A DNA stretch of 64,000 nucleotides, taken from an uncultured Gammaproteobacteria bacterium (GTDB lineage Bacteria > Patescibacteriota > Microgenomatia > UBA1406 > HO2-37-13b). The DNA is taken from positions 259,058 through 323,057 of the forward strand of contig CAZTFB010000001.1 of the NCBI GenBank assembly GCA_964612595.1, written 5' to 3'. A program made the position numbers and the translations under genes. Of this stretch, positions 55,375-64,000 are shown one piece after another. The notes under the pieces were generated by a model. It was not told where the DNA came from. It made no database searches and saw only the letters and a list, made by a program, of their open reading frames with translations. Position 1 is the stretch's first letter. Each line of letters opens with the position of its first letter.

Positions 55375-56016
55375 ATGAAGGCACTCATGGAAAACAAATT
55401 AGTTACAGGTACAGTCGTTGGTGTGCTTCTCATTGTTGGTCTATGGGGCGTTTGGAAGATGTTGAATAGCTCTGCTCCAGCCGCTCAAAACAACATTGTT
55501 GTCGATTTGAAAGTTGAAGCATCTGATTGGCAAAAAGGCTCAGCAAGTGCCTCAGCTACTCTCGTTGAGTATAGTGACTTTCAATGCCCTGCATGTAAGG
55601 CATATGCGCCACTTATCAAAGCTTTTACAGAGAAACACAAAGATACAGTACGACTTGTATATCGCCATTTTCCTCTTCAGAAACATAAACACGCTGTTCT
55701 TGCAGCACAGTATGCTGAGGCAGCCGGTATGCAAGGAAAATTTTTTGAAATGCACGACAAACTTTTCGACGGCCAAACTGACTGGGAGAAACTCTCTAAT
55801 CCTGAAGAGACCTTTCTTACATATGCAAAAGATCTAAAGCTTGATATCGAGAAACTTAAGAAAGATGTCGAAAGTAAAGAAGTGAAAGATAATATCAATG
55901 CCGATATGGTAAGCGGTAATGCAGCAGGCGTTGATGCAACACCTACGTTTTATATGAATGGAAAAAAAATTGTATCACCACAGTCTCTTGAGGAATTTGA
56001 AAAACTGCTTGAATAA
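55375..56016 (+). CDS. Membrane-anchored DsbA-like thiol:disulfide oxidoreductase
   Basis: It has an N-terminal TM segment and a thioredoxin fold with FQCPACKAY. The start is moved to ATG 55375. Confidence 0.75.
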   Translation: MKALMENKLVTGTVVGVLLIVGLWGVWKMLNSSAPAAQNNIVVDLKVEASDWQKGSASASATLVEYSDFQCPACKAYAPLIKAFTEKHKDTVRLVYRHFPLQKHKHAVLAAQYAEAAGMQGKFFEMHDKLFDGQTDWEKLSNPEETFLTYAKDLKLDIEKLKKDVESKEVKDNINADMVSGNAAGVDATPTFYMNGKKIVSPQSLEEFEKLLE

Positions 56017-56018
56017 CG

Positions 56019-56024
56019 TACAAT
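56019..56024 (+). promoter_or_regulatory. -10 box placed for a leaderless transcript of the 56031 gene
   Basis: TACAAT at 56019-56024 is followed by exactly 6 nt and then ATG at 56031. Confidence 0.4.
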
Positions 56025-56030
56025 AGTACC

Positions 56031-57011
56031 ATGACACATAAGCAGGTTTTGTTGTTCTTTATCCTTTCTCTCGCTTCAATCTTATCCGGTGCTACGTTTG
56101 GATTACTCGATGTGTTTGGTTTTATTGATGGGCGACATACAATTAGTTTTACCCTGCTTATTGGTTCTGCAGTACTACTATACGTCTCACTGATATGTGT
56201 TTTTCTGCTGGATATTGCACATCCTCGTAAAATTACCTCCTATTTACTAGTGAGTTCGCTATTTTTTGGAATAACTTTTTTTCTCATGAATCTAAACGTC
56301 TTACTTACAGGCATAGCTATTGTCGGATACTGCGTTCTTCTTCTGCATTCATCAAAATCTATAGCGAGACGATTTAATGATTTTGTTCGCTTTATTCCTC
56401 AGGAAATATTTTTCCCAGTTTTGCGAAATGGCTTTCTATTTATCCTTGTACTACTCTCTTTGCTCGCCTACGGTCAATCACAGAAACTGATCACCCAGAA
56501 CACACTCATCACACCAAATATTGTGCGTATTATTATAAAACCTAGCGTTACCATGCTCAATCAACAGGTCAATTCACAACTTCAGTCTGAGGTGGGCGAC
56601 ACCCTCGCTCAACTTCCTGAAAGTGAAAGGGTGCAAGCCGTTCAACTTATGTTAAGAAAAACAGTAGAGAACATGGCAGATAAGAAAACGGGCACGATCT
56701 ATGGCATTCCCGAGGAGGAAGTGCCTATTAATAAAGCCCTGGTTTCAGGAGATGGAAAAGTTGACTTGACACCTGTTTTTGAGGGCATGCTACCAATCAT
56801 CACAGCGACATTAAATGCCCGACTCACCCAGTATGCACTCGTTGCGCCACTGTTTATTGCGCTTTTTACTTTTCTTATTTTCCAGCCTCTCATTATCCCT
56901 ATTCAACTCGCTGAGTCTTTACTAACACTTCTCATCTTTAAAATACTTCTTACGACCAAATTTTTAAAGGTTTATAAGGAGTCGGTTGACGTTGATAGAC
57001 TTAGTTTGTAA
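56031..57011 (+). CDS. Hypothetical polytopic membrane protein
   Basis: 326 aa with about 5 N-terminal TM segments, a soluble loop of about 110 aa and 2 C-terminal TM segments. It has only two Cys, both inside TM segments. Confidence 0.5.
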   Translation: MTHKQVLLFFILSLASILSGATFGLLDVFGFIDGRHTISFTLLIGSAVLLYVSLICVFLLDIAHPRKITSYLLVSSLFFGITFFLMNLNVLLTGIAIVGYCVLLLHSSKSIARRFNDFVRFIPQEIFFPVLRNGFLFILVLLSLLAYGQSQKLITQNTLITPNIVRIIIKPSVTMLNQQVNSQLQSEVGDTLAQLPESERVQAVQLMLRKTVENMADKKTGTIYGIPEEEVPINKALVSGDGKVDLTPVFEGMLPIITATLNARLTQYALVAPLFIALFTFLIFQPLIIPIQLAESLLTLLIFKILLTTKFLKVYKESVDVDRLSL

Positions 57012-57025
57012 AGTGTCATACACAT

Positions 57026-57057
57026 AAAAAAAGACCTCCATCTGGAGGTCTTTTTTT
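57026..57057. terminator. Bidirectional intrinsic terminator between convergent genes
   Basis: AAAAAAAGACCTCCAtctGGAGGTCTTTTTTT: a GC-rich stem flanked by an A7 run and a T7 run. Confidence 0.8.
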
Positions 57058-57074
57058 ATAAGATCTTGTTTCCC

Positions 57075-57842
57075 TTAACTACCCTTGCTCATAAGTCCAT
57101 CGATTATCTGCTTCGCAGATTCGAATGGAAGAGCACCTTCGATGACAGCTGACTCACCAGTCTTCATATCATAGATGACTGATGTTGGGGTGGCACCCAC
57201 ACCTGCTTTTGAACCCTCATCTAGATCAGCCTGGACTTCAGCTTTAAACTTCATGCCATCAAGACATGTCTGAAATGCAGCTTTGTTAACTCCTGACTTT
57301 TGAGCCAAGTCACCAAGCTGTGAAAGTTCCATTGCTGGCATTGCGTTAAAGATTTCATCATGCATTTTCCAAAATGCTGCCTGTCCACCAAGACTTGCAA
57401 CGCATTCTGATGCGCGAGCTGCCGGTTCGGCCTTTGGATGGAATGAAAGTGGGAAGTGTCGGAATACAATGCCGACCTTATCACCATACTCCTGTTCGAT
57501 TTTACCGTAGGCATCATCGAACCATCTCTTACAGAAAGGGCACTCAAAATCTGAGTACTCGACAAGAACATAGCGAGCATCTTTTGGACCTTTCCAATTA
57601 TCTTTTGCTGGATCAGGTTTTGTAATCGATATCTTTGTAGGAGCTTCTGGTGCTGCTTGATCACCACCTGGCGCTGCAGCTGAAGGCTGCGTACCGCCTG
57701 TTCCCTTTTTCAAGAAAGTAACTTGTGTGTAAAGGTGACCGATTATAAAACCGACCACAAGTCCAACCCCAAGAAGCACATACATATTGTTCTTGAGTGG
57801 CTCCATTGCCATTGTTTCGCCTTTTTTAGCTATTCTAGCCAT
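57075..57842 (-). CDS. Second membrane-anchored DsbA-like thiol:disulfide oxidoreductase
   Basis: 255 aa with a TM segment, a low-complexity linker and FECPFCKRW. The start codon is uncertain among three N-terminal Met. Confidence 0.75.
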   Translation of the reverse strand: MARIAKKGETMAMEPLKNNMYVLLGVGLVVGFIIGHLYTQVTFLKKGTGGTQPSAAAPGGDQAAPEAPTKISITKPDPAKDNWKGPKDARYVLVEYSDFECPFCKRWFDDAYGKIEQEYGDKVGIVFRHFPLSFHPKAEPAARASECVASLGGQAAFWKMHDEIFNAMPAMELSQLGDLAQKSGVNKAAFQTCLDGMKFKAEVQADLDEGSKAGVGATPTSVIYDMKTGESAVIEGALPFESAKQIIDGLMSKGS

Positions 57843-57896
57843 ATTGTGTAAAAAGTATTTATAACTCTTACACTATATAGTAATTGAAAAACCGTG

Positions 57897-60287
57897 TCAA
57901 GCTGAACTCTTTTTAGGCTTTACTAAGGCGATCTTAAGTACCTCATCGATATTGCCGACAGGTATCACTTTGATATCTTTAAGTACGAATTCTGGGACAT
58001 CTTCCAGGTTTTTCTTATTCTCCTCTGGGATTATGACGGTCTTAATACCAGCTCTATGAGCTGCCAAAATCTTACTTTTAAGTCCACCTATTTCGAGCGC
58101 TCTTCCTCTTAGAGTTATTTCACCTGTCATTGCTACTGTCCTACTAACCGGTGTTTGTGTAAGAGCAGATACCATTGCCGTAGCAATCGCAAGTCCAGCA
58201 GATGGGCCGTCTTTAGGCACCGCTCCCTCAGGAACATGGATATGAATAGCTATTTTATTGTAAAAATCCTTTTGTATACCAAGTTCGCTCCAATGTGATC
58301 GAATATAGCTGAGGGCTGCCTGACAGGATTCCTTCATGACATCACCAAGCTGTCCGGTCAAAGTTAGGCTGCCTTTCCCAGGCATAATGCCAACCTCTAT
58401 TGATAATATATCACCACCAACTTGAGTAACTGCGAGGCCCGTTGATGTGCCAATCATATCTTCCTTTTCAGCAATTTGCGATGAATACTTATACGCACCA
58501 AGACTTTTTTGTACATCTTTTGTGCCAATTTTCTTTGATTTTAAGCCCTTCTCTACAACCTCGCGAGCTACTTTTCTAAAGCTACCAGCGATTTGGCGTT
58601 CAAGCTCGCGAACTCCTGACTCGCGTGTATAGCGCTGAATAATCAATCGTAGCGCTGCATCATCTAATGATACTTTCAAGGTCTGTAGTCCGTGTGCTTC
58701 CAGCTGTTTCTTTATGAGGTGGTTTTTCGCAATATGGAATTTCTCATCTTCTGTATATCCAGCAAACTGAATAATTTCTAGTCTGTCACGTAACGCATTT
58801 GGAATAGTATCCAAAACATTTGCGGTCGTTATAAAAAACACGTCTGAAAGATCGAATGGTACTTCGAGGTAATGATCAGAGAAAATATAATTCTGCTCAG
58901 GATCAAGTGCCTCAAGTAGGGCTGATGATGGATCTCCACGATAATCCATTCCTATCTTATCAATCTCATCAAGCATAAAGACAGGATTGTTGGTTTTTGC
59001 TTGACGTATGCCTTGAATAATACGCCCCGGCATTGCACCAACATATGTTCTCCTATGACCACGAATTTCTGCCTCATCCCTAATTCCTCCAAGAGACATC
59101 TTGACAAACTCTCTTCCAAGTGAATCAGCAATGGATCTTCCAAGTGACGTTTTTCCTACCCCCGGTGGACCGGAAAAACAAAGTATAGTTGGTTGTTTAA
59201 TCGTACGACCATACTGTTTTTTCTTATCTTCTTTTGAAGGTTTTTGCTCATTTTTGAGCTTCATTACAGCGAGATACTCTAGAATTCTTTCCTTTGCTTT
59301 TTTAAGTCCATAATGCTGCTCATCCAATATCTGTTCGGCTTTTTTTAGATCGAGACGATCTTTACCTTTCTTACTCCAAGGGAGATCTATAAGAACTTCT
59401 ATGTAAGTACGGATATACGATGCTTCGGGATTGTATTGTGACATTTGCGATAGTCGCTTAAGTTCGCTGAGTGCTTTTTCTTCGACATCGCTCGGCATTT
59501 TTGCTGCCTTAATTTTCTTCCTAAGTTCATTCATTTCTCTATCGTCTTCACTTTCTCCGCCCAATTCCTTTTCAATGGTTTTAAGCTTTTCTCGAAGTAC
59601 TGCATCTTTCATGCCTTTCTCAAACTTTTTCTGCGTTTTGACATGTATGTTTTTCTCGATCTCAAGTATTTTTACTTCCTTTGTGACGAGCTCGGCCTCT
59701 TTTTTCAATCGATGTAACAGATCGAGCTCTTCGAGTAAATTCTGCCTTTCTTTTGTACTTAGGTCAAGAATCATTGCTACTTGTTCTGAGAATTGTCGAG
59801 GAGTAGCTCCACTCATAATATTCATGAGGTACACAACATCAACCCCCTTACCAAGGTTGACTGCTTGTTTAAGCTCAGCATTAATATGGCGAATTAGCGC
59901 ATCAATTTCTTCACCCTCTTGATTAGTTTCTGTAAGTTCTTCTATTTCGGCCTCTAGAAATGGCGTATCAGAAACATATGATCTTACTTTGACACGAGAT
60001 AGCCCGAGCATGAGAGCACTAATCTCGCCCTTTTCACCTTCTAATATTTTTTCTATATGTGCAAGTACACCAACTTCAAATAGTTCGTTTTCGCTTGGGT
60101 CATCAAACTTCGCATCCCTTTGCATAACTAAAACGATCTTTTTATCATGGTCCATAGCGTGTTTTATTGCCATCACACTTTTACCACGTCCAAAAAGCAA
60201 AGCATTCTCGGTAGTAGGAAAGATAATGCCATCACGTAGGGCTACAACAGGGTATGTTTTGTTTTGAGAATTTAATATTTCATCCAT
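57897..60287 (-). CDS. lon: ATP-dependent Lon protease (LonA)
   Basis: 796 aa with a LON N-domain, Walker [10 protein letters not shown] and the protease motif PKDGPSAG. Confidence 0.95.
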   Translation of the reverse strand: MDEILNSQNKTYPVVALRDGIIFPTTENALLFGRGKSVMAIKHAMDHDKKIVLVMQRDAKFDDPSENELFEVGVLAHIEKILEGEKGEISALMLGLSRVKVRSYVSDTPFLEAEIEELTETNQEGEEIDALIRHINAELKQAVNLGKGVDVVYLMNIMSGATPRQFSEQVAMILDLSTKERQNLLEELDLLHRLKKEAELVTKEVKILEIEKNIHVKTQKKFEKGMKDAVLREKLKTIEKELGGESEDDREMNELRKKIKAAKMPSDVEEKALSELKRLSQMSQYNPEASYIRTYIEVLIDLPWSKKGKDRLDLKKAEQILDEQHYGLKKAKERILEYLAVMKLKNEQKPSKEDKKKQYGRTIKQPTILCFSGPPGVGKTSLGRSIADSLGREFVKMSLGGIRDEAEIRGHRRTYVGAMPGRIIQGIRQAKTNNPVFMLDEIDKIGMDYRGDPSSALLEALDPEQNYIFSDHYLEVPFDLSDVFFITTANVLDTIPNALRDRLEIIQFAGYTEDEKFHIAKNHLIKKQLEAHGLQTLKVSLDDAALRLIIQRYTRESGVRELERQIAGSFRKVAREVVEKGLKSKKIGTKDVQKSLGAYKYSSQIAEKEDMIGTSTGLAVTQVGGDILSIEVGIMPGKGSLTLTGQLGDVMKESCQAALSYIRSHWSELGIQKDFYNKIAIHIHVPEGAVPKDGPSAGLAIATAMVSALTQTPVSRTVAMTGEITLRGRALEIGGLKSKILAAHRAGIKTVIIPEENKKNLEDVPEFVLKDIKVIPVGNIDEVLKIALVKPKKSSA

Positions 60288-60296
60288 AGTTTTAGC

Positions 60297-60325
60297 AGTA
60301 TATCAATGCATCTGCTAATTGTCAA
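60297..60325 (-). promoter_or_regulatory. Near-consensus sigma70 promoter of lon
   Basis: On the minus strand: TTGACA (60325-60320), a 17-nt spacer, TATACT (60302-60297), then 9 nt to ATG at 60287. There is no SD. Confidence 0.55.
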
Positions 60326-60330
60326 GAAGG

Positions 60331-60603
60331 TTATTTAGGGAAAAGTTTTTGGCCAGTCTGATCCTCTACTATGATGGCGGCAGTTGGACATCCACGTGCT
60401 GCATCGATAATAGTTGCATCGTCAGAACTGTTTGCCGTAGACAAAATAATTGCCTTTGCTTCATTATCAAGCACAAATACCTCTGGTGCAATTGCAACAC
60501 ATGTTGCTGCACCAATACAAAGGTCTCTATCTACTGTAATACGTAAAGTGTTTACGCTGACAGGGCCAGAGGGATTTTGCATATCTTTAGGTGCTTGATC
60601 CAT
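60331..60603 (-). CDS. Small single-cluster ferredoxin
   Basis: 90 aa with ITVDRDLCIGAATCVAIAPEVF and ARGCP. It overlaps sufU by 17 nt. Confidence 0.8.
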   Translation of the reverse strand: MDQAPKDMQNPSGPVSVNTLRITVDRDLCIGAATCVAIAPEVFVLDNEAKAIILSTANSSDDATIIDAARGCPTAAIIVEDQTGQKLFPK

Positions 60604-60964
60604 ATGATTTTATTGCTTTTTGTAATGCTTCAAGTGAAACTAAAGCACATTTTAAGCGATTAGGCGATAGCTCAACCGCTAGAATCTCTAGCATAGAATC
60701 TTTGTTAAGCGTTGTCAAGTCATCAATTAATTTATCTAGTGCATAATCAGTCAGCAATGAGGCCGAAGCTATGGCTATTGCACAGCCTTGTCCATTGAAT
60801 CTTATGTCACGTATCCTTTTATTTTCAATAGCTACCTCAATAGTAATTGCATCGCCACATAGAGGATTTGAGACCTGTGCTTTGTATGCATCATCAAGGG
60901 TTCCAAAATTGTGAGGCTTTTTATAGTGTTCAAGAATAATCTCTTTGTAAATATCTATGCTCAT
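60587..60964 (-). CDS. sufU: SufU/IscU-type Fe-S scaffold / sulfur acceptor
   Basis: 125 aa with ILEHYKKPHNFG, NPLCGD, GQGCAIAIAS and the C-terminal Cys (RLKCAL). Confidence 0.85.
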   Translation of the reverse strand: MSIDIYKEIILEHYKKPHNFGTLDDAYKAQVSNPLCGDAITIEVAIENKRIRDIRFNGQGCAIAIASASLLTDYALDKLIDDLTTLNKDSMLEILAVELSPNRLKCALVSLEALQKAIKSYGSST

Positions 60965-62184
60965 AAAAATATATTGACAGCTTTTACGTATGCATCAATG
61001 AAGCGCGCGACTTCATCTTCGGTATTGTAAAAATATAAGCTCGCGCGTGTTGAGGCAGGAATGTTAAAAAATGTATGCAGCGGCATTGCACAGTGATGAC
61101 CAGCACGTACACACATATGGTCACCATTTAATATGTCTGCCACATCATGCGGATGTGTACCCTCGAGATAGAGTGATACAACAGCAACCCTAGGATTCTT
61201 GCTCTTTTCTCCAAGTATAATGACCCGGTCACCTAATTTATCACGAAGTCCATCAGAAAGAAGACTCATCAATAAATTTTCATGTGCTTCGATTGCTTCA
61301 AAGGTGACTCTCTCTAGATATCGGATTGATTCTTTAAACGCTATTATGCCTGAAATGTGGGGTGTTCCTGCCTCAAAACGATATGGCGGCTCCTGGAACG
61401 TAGAGCCTTCTATTGCAACATGTGCAATCATGTCACCCCCGAACATAAAAGGCTTCATGTCTGCTAACAGTTCTTTTTTTCCATACAACACACCCACTCC
61501 TGTCGGACCACACATTTTATGAGCAGAAAATGCAAGAAAATCGCAGTCAATCGCACGGACATCAACTTTTGTATGAGGTACCGCCTGTGCAGCATCAACA
61601 ACAATAATCGTATTGGGGTTTATAGCTCTTACTGCTTTAATAATTTCCTCTATAGGATTAATAATTCCTAAAACATTCGAAACATACGTACACGCGAATA
61701 TTTTAGTCTTGGAACTGATAAGTTTTTTTAGAGACTCAATATCAAGATCGCTATTTTCATCTATAGAAACAATCTTAAATACAGCATTTTTCCGCAATGC
61801 AAGTTGTTGCCATGTGACAAAATTTGCGTGGTGCTCCATGAGCGTAGATACAATCTCATCACCTTCATCGACAATCTGATCGCCCAGGGTATAACTTAAA
61901 AGATTCATCGACTCTGTCGTACCCCTTGTAAAGATAATCTCATGTAAGTCTGCATTAATAAAATCCGCAACAATGGAACGAGTTTCTTCAAAAGCCTCCG
62001 TAGCAGATTCAGATAGATCATAAATACCTCTATGAATGTTTGCACCTAGGTGCGTGTAGTAATGTGAGATTGCATCAATTACACTTCGGGGTTTCAAGGA
62101 TGTTGCTGTTGAATCAAAATAGACAATATCCGGATTATTTGTAAGGACCGGAAAATCTTTTCTATAATCAGAAACGCCTGACAT
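60961..62184 (-). CDS. sufS: Cysteine desulfurase SufS
   Basis: 407 aa with the PLP lysine context SAHKMCGPTG and the catalytic loop RAGHHCA. Confidence 0.9.
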   Translation of the reverse strand: MSGVSDYRKDFPVLTNNPDIVYFDSTATSLKPRSVIDAISHYYTHLGANIHRGIYDLSESATEAFEETRSIVADFINADLHEIIFTRGTTESMNLLSYTLGDQIVDEGDEIVSTLMEHHANFVTWQQLALRKNAVFKIVSIDENSDLDIESLKKLISSKTKIFACTYVSNVLGIINPIEEIIKAVRAINPNTIIVVDAAQAVPHTKVDVRAIDCDFLAFSAHKMCGPTGVGVLYGKKELLADMKPFMFGGDMIAHVAIEGSTFQEPPYRFEAGTPHISGIIAFKESIRYLERVTFEAIEAHENLLMSLLSDGLRDKLGDRVIILGEKSKNPRVAVVSLYLEGTHPHDVADILNGDHMCVRAGHHCAMPLHTFFNIPASTRASLYFYNTEDEVARFIDAYVKAVNIFL

Positions 62185-62798
62185 TATGCATATTCTACAA
62201 CTTTTTTTCGAAGGCTGCTCACATCAATATCTTCTGCGACTTCATTCATTCTTGTAAAAACCTCATCAATGAATCCTGTGACGATTAATTTCTCTGCATT
62301 CTTATTATCAATTCCCCGAGCCGATAGATACTGTCGTTGTTCTTTGTCAATCCTACCCGTCGTAGAGCCGTGTGTACAACGCACATCATTCGCCTGAATT
62401 TCGAGGAATGGTCGTGAATCAACATATGCATTTTTTGAGAGGATTAAATTTTGATTCTTCTGGTATGCATTTGAACCTTGAGCTTTCTTTGCGATAGTAA
62501 TCAGCCCCTCATATAAGAATTTTGAGGAATCGAAGAATACACCTCGAATTAACAAATCGGACAATGCATTGCCTCGCTGGTGATCTTGCTTTGTGACAAT
62601 CTTTATATTGTCTTCACCTTTTCCGATATATATACCAAAAATATATACTTTTGCAAACTCGCTCTGAATTTCGACATGAAGTGTTCCAGAGTAATTTAAC
62701 ATAAAAAATACATGTGTTTTTTCATCCACAACAGTGTATTTTTCCAGCTCGTGTTGTTTCTCAATAATGTGAAGTTCTGTTCCCATTGTATTATCCAA
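62184..62798 (-). CDS. sufD: Short SufD-like Fe-S assembly protein (beta-helix C-terminal half only)
   Basis: 204 aa with [31 protein letters not shown]. It lies between sufB and sufS. Confidence 0.65.
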   Translation of the reverse strand: MDNTMGTELHIIEKQHELEKYTVVDEKTHVFFMLNYSGTLHVEIQSEFAKVYIFGIYIGKGEDNIKIVTKQDHQRGNALSDLLIRGVFFDSSKFLYEGLITIAKKAQGSNAYQKNQNLILSKNAYVDSRPFLEIQANDVRCTHGSTTGRIDKEQRQYLSARGIDNKNAEKLIVTGFIDEVFTRMNEVAEDIDVSSLRKKVVEYA

Positions 62799-64000
62799 CT
62801 GACCCTGCCATTTCTAAATTTATGAGACGATTTAATTCGACGGAATATTCAAGTGGAATTTCTTTCGTTACAGGTTCGATAAAACCATTTACCAACATAC
62901 CCTCGGCGGCGGATTTGTCGATACCCCTCGACATGAGATAAAATAATTTTTCTTCTCCGATTTTTTCAACAGTCGCCTCATGCTGAACCTCGACCTCATT
63001 ATTTTTAATTTTCATATATGGATATGTGTCGGAACGCGATGACTCATCAAGCAATAATGCATCACACGAAACATATATTTGCGCGTCTGTTGCGTCGGGA
63101 GTTACTGTTATGAGGCCCCTATATGATGTTCGGCCTCCTGCTTTTGAAATTGATTTTGAAACAATTCTAGAGGAGGTATGCGGCGCTAAATGTAGCATTT
63201 TTGCGCCTGCGTCTTGGTGTTGGTTCGCACCTGCATAGGCTATGGAAAGAACTTCTCCTCGTGCATGAGGTCCGACCAGATATACAGATGGATATTTCAT
63301 AGTTATCTTGCTTCCAATATTGCAATCTATCCATTCCATTAATGCATACTCTTCTGCCTTGGCGCGCTTTGTCACAAGGTTATATACGTTATTACTCCAG
63401 TTCTGTACTGTTGTATAGCGAACTTTAGCGCGCGGCTTTATAAAGATTTCTACGACGGCGGCATGCAGAGAATCCGTCGTATAGATTGGCGCCGTACATC
63501 CTTCTATGTAGTGAACCTGGCTGTCTTCTTCTGCGATAATCAAGGTACGCTCAAACTGTCCAAAGCGCTCAGAATTTATTCTGAAGTATGCTTGAAGTGG
63601 GAGTTTGACCTTGACCCCTTTCGGAACATATACAAAAGAACCTCCAGACCACGTTGCGGTATTGAGCGCTGCAAACTTATTGTCATGAGCAGGAATGAGC
63701 GATGCAAAATATTCTTTCACAATATCTGGATATTTTTGCAACGCAGTATCCATATCACAAAAAATAACACCTACTTTATCGAGTTCTTTCTGCACGCTCT
63801 CATAAACCACCTCAGAATCATACTGCGCCGATACTCCTGCTAAGAAATTTCTTTCTGCTTCAGGCACACCTATTCTGTCGTACGTATCTTTAATTTCCTG
63901 CGGCAAGTCTTCCCATGAATTTGTCTGATCTTTCGTAGCTCTTGCAAAATAGGTAATTTCGTCAAAATTAATCGCTGAAAGATCAGCCCCCCATTCCGGC
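62791..64000 (-). CDS. sufB: Fe-S cluster assembly protein SufB (N-terminus beyond the right edge)
   Basis: The frame stays open to the window edge ([22 protein letters not shown]...[22 protein letters not shown]). The C-terminal part has [10 protein letters not shown] and HEATVEKI. Confidence 0.9.
   Translation of the reverse strand, partial: PEWGADLSAINFDEITYFARATKDQTNSWEDLPQEIKDTYDRIGVPEAERNFLAGVSAQYDSEVVYESVQKELDKVGVIFCDMDTALQKYPDIVKEYFASLIPAHDNKFAALNTATWSGGSFVYVPKGVKVKLPLQAYFRINSERFGQFERTLIIAEEDSQVHYIEGCTAPIYTTDSLHAAVVEIFIKPRAKVRYTTVQNWSNNVYNLVTKRAKAEEYALMEWIDCNIGSKITMKYPSVYLVGPHARGEVLSIAYAGANQHQDAGAKMLHLAPHTSSRIVSKSISKAGGRTSYRGLITVTPDATDAQIYVSCDALLLDESSRSDTYPYMKIKNNEVEVQHEATVEKIGEEKLFYLMSRGIDKSAAEGMLVNGFIEPVTKEIPLEYSVELNRLINLEMAGSVG

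Noticed and set aside
62184-62798. The half-length SufD (204 aa) as a pseudogene.
   Set aside because: The reading frame is intact, is translationally coupled to sufB and sufS by overlaps of 8 and 1 nt, and retains the conserved C-terminal beta-helix motif. A short SufD is more likely a lineage trait than decay.
1-64000. Alternative genetic code (for example UGA recoding, as in some candidate phyla).
   Set aside because: All conserved genes translate full-length under the standard code, with TGA, TAA and TAG all used as terminal stops. There are no in-frame stops in conserved domains.

Overview
The window is an AT-rich (about 38% GC by my hand counts), tightly packed bacterial chromosome segment. 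Its gene content and domain fusions suggest a reduced-genome, probably CPR/Patescibacteria-like organism; this is inference, since no rRNA is in the window. The standard genetic code fits throughout.

Content from left to right:
- A compact dcw/peptidoglycan block: mraZ-rsmH-ftsL-ftsI-murE-pgeF-murC-murB-murA.
- glyQS.
- An 18 kb surface-glycan assembly locus with GT2 and GT4 glycosyltransferases, two GT-C enzymes, an O-antigen-ligase-like protein, an acetyltransferase, a ManC-like enzyme, DUF4012, an initiating sugar-phosphate transferase and a PIG-L deacetylase.
- Three tRNAs: Pro-TGG, Met-CAT and Glu-CTC.
- t6A genes: tsaD plus a fused tsaC-tsaE.
- ftsH, a stand-alone 5-prime nuclease, eno and a DHH phosphoesterase.
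- A CphA-like stand-alone ATP-grasp enzyme.
- A 1330-aa secreted protein with nine Cys-pair repeat domains.
- secA, serS, rdgB, a lysS-HD fusion and greA.
- dedA, a beta-CASP hydrolase and radC.
- Two DsbA-like oxidoreductases, lon, and sufB-D-S-U plus a ferredoxin.

The most unusual signal is three small islands of 55-62% GC at 11.07-11.64 kb, 21.2-22.2 kb and 50.2-51.0 kb. They carry five ORFs with G/C-ending codons, clear Shine-Dalgarno (SD) sites, extended -10 promoters and GC-rich hairpin terminators. Native operon-first genes instead start 6-9 nt after a TATAAT-like box, so they look leaderless, and have no SD. Four of the island ORFs look like one divergent small-protein family. The fifth is a secreted 303-aa protein that I cannot assign to any family.

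I found no CRISPR array, transposase, integrase or recognisable defense system. All family calls come from motif recognition by eye; no database search was possible.
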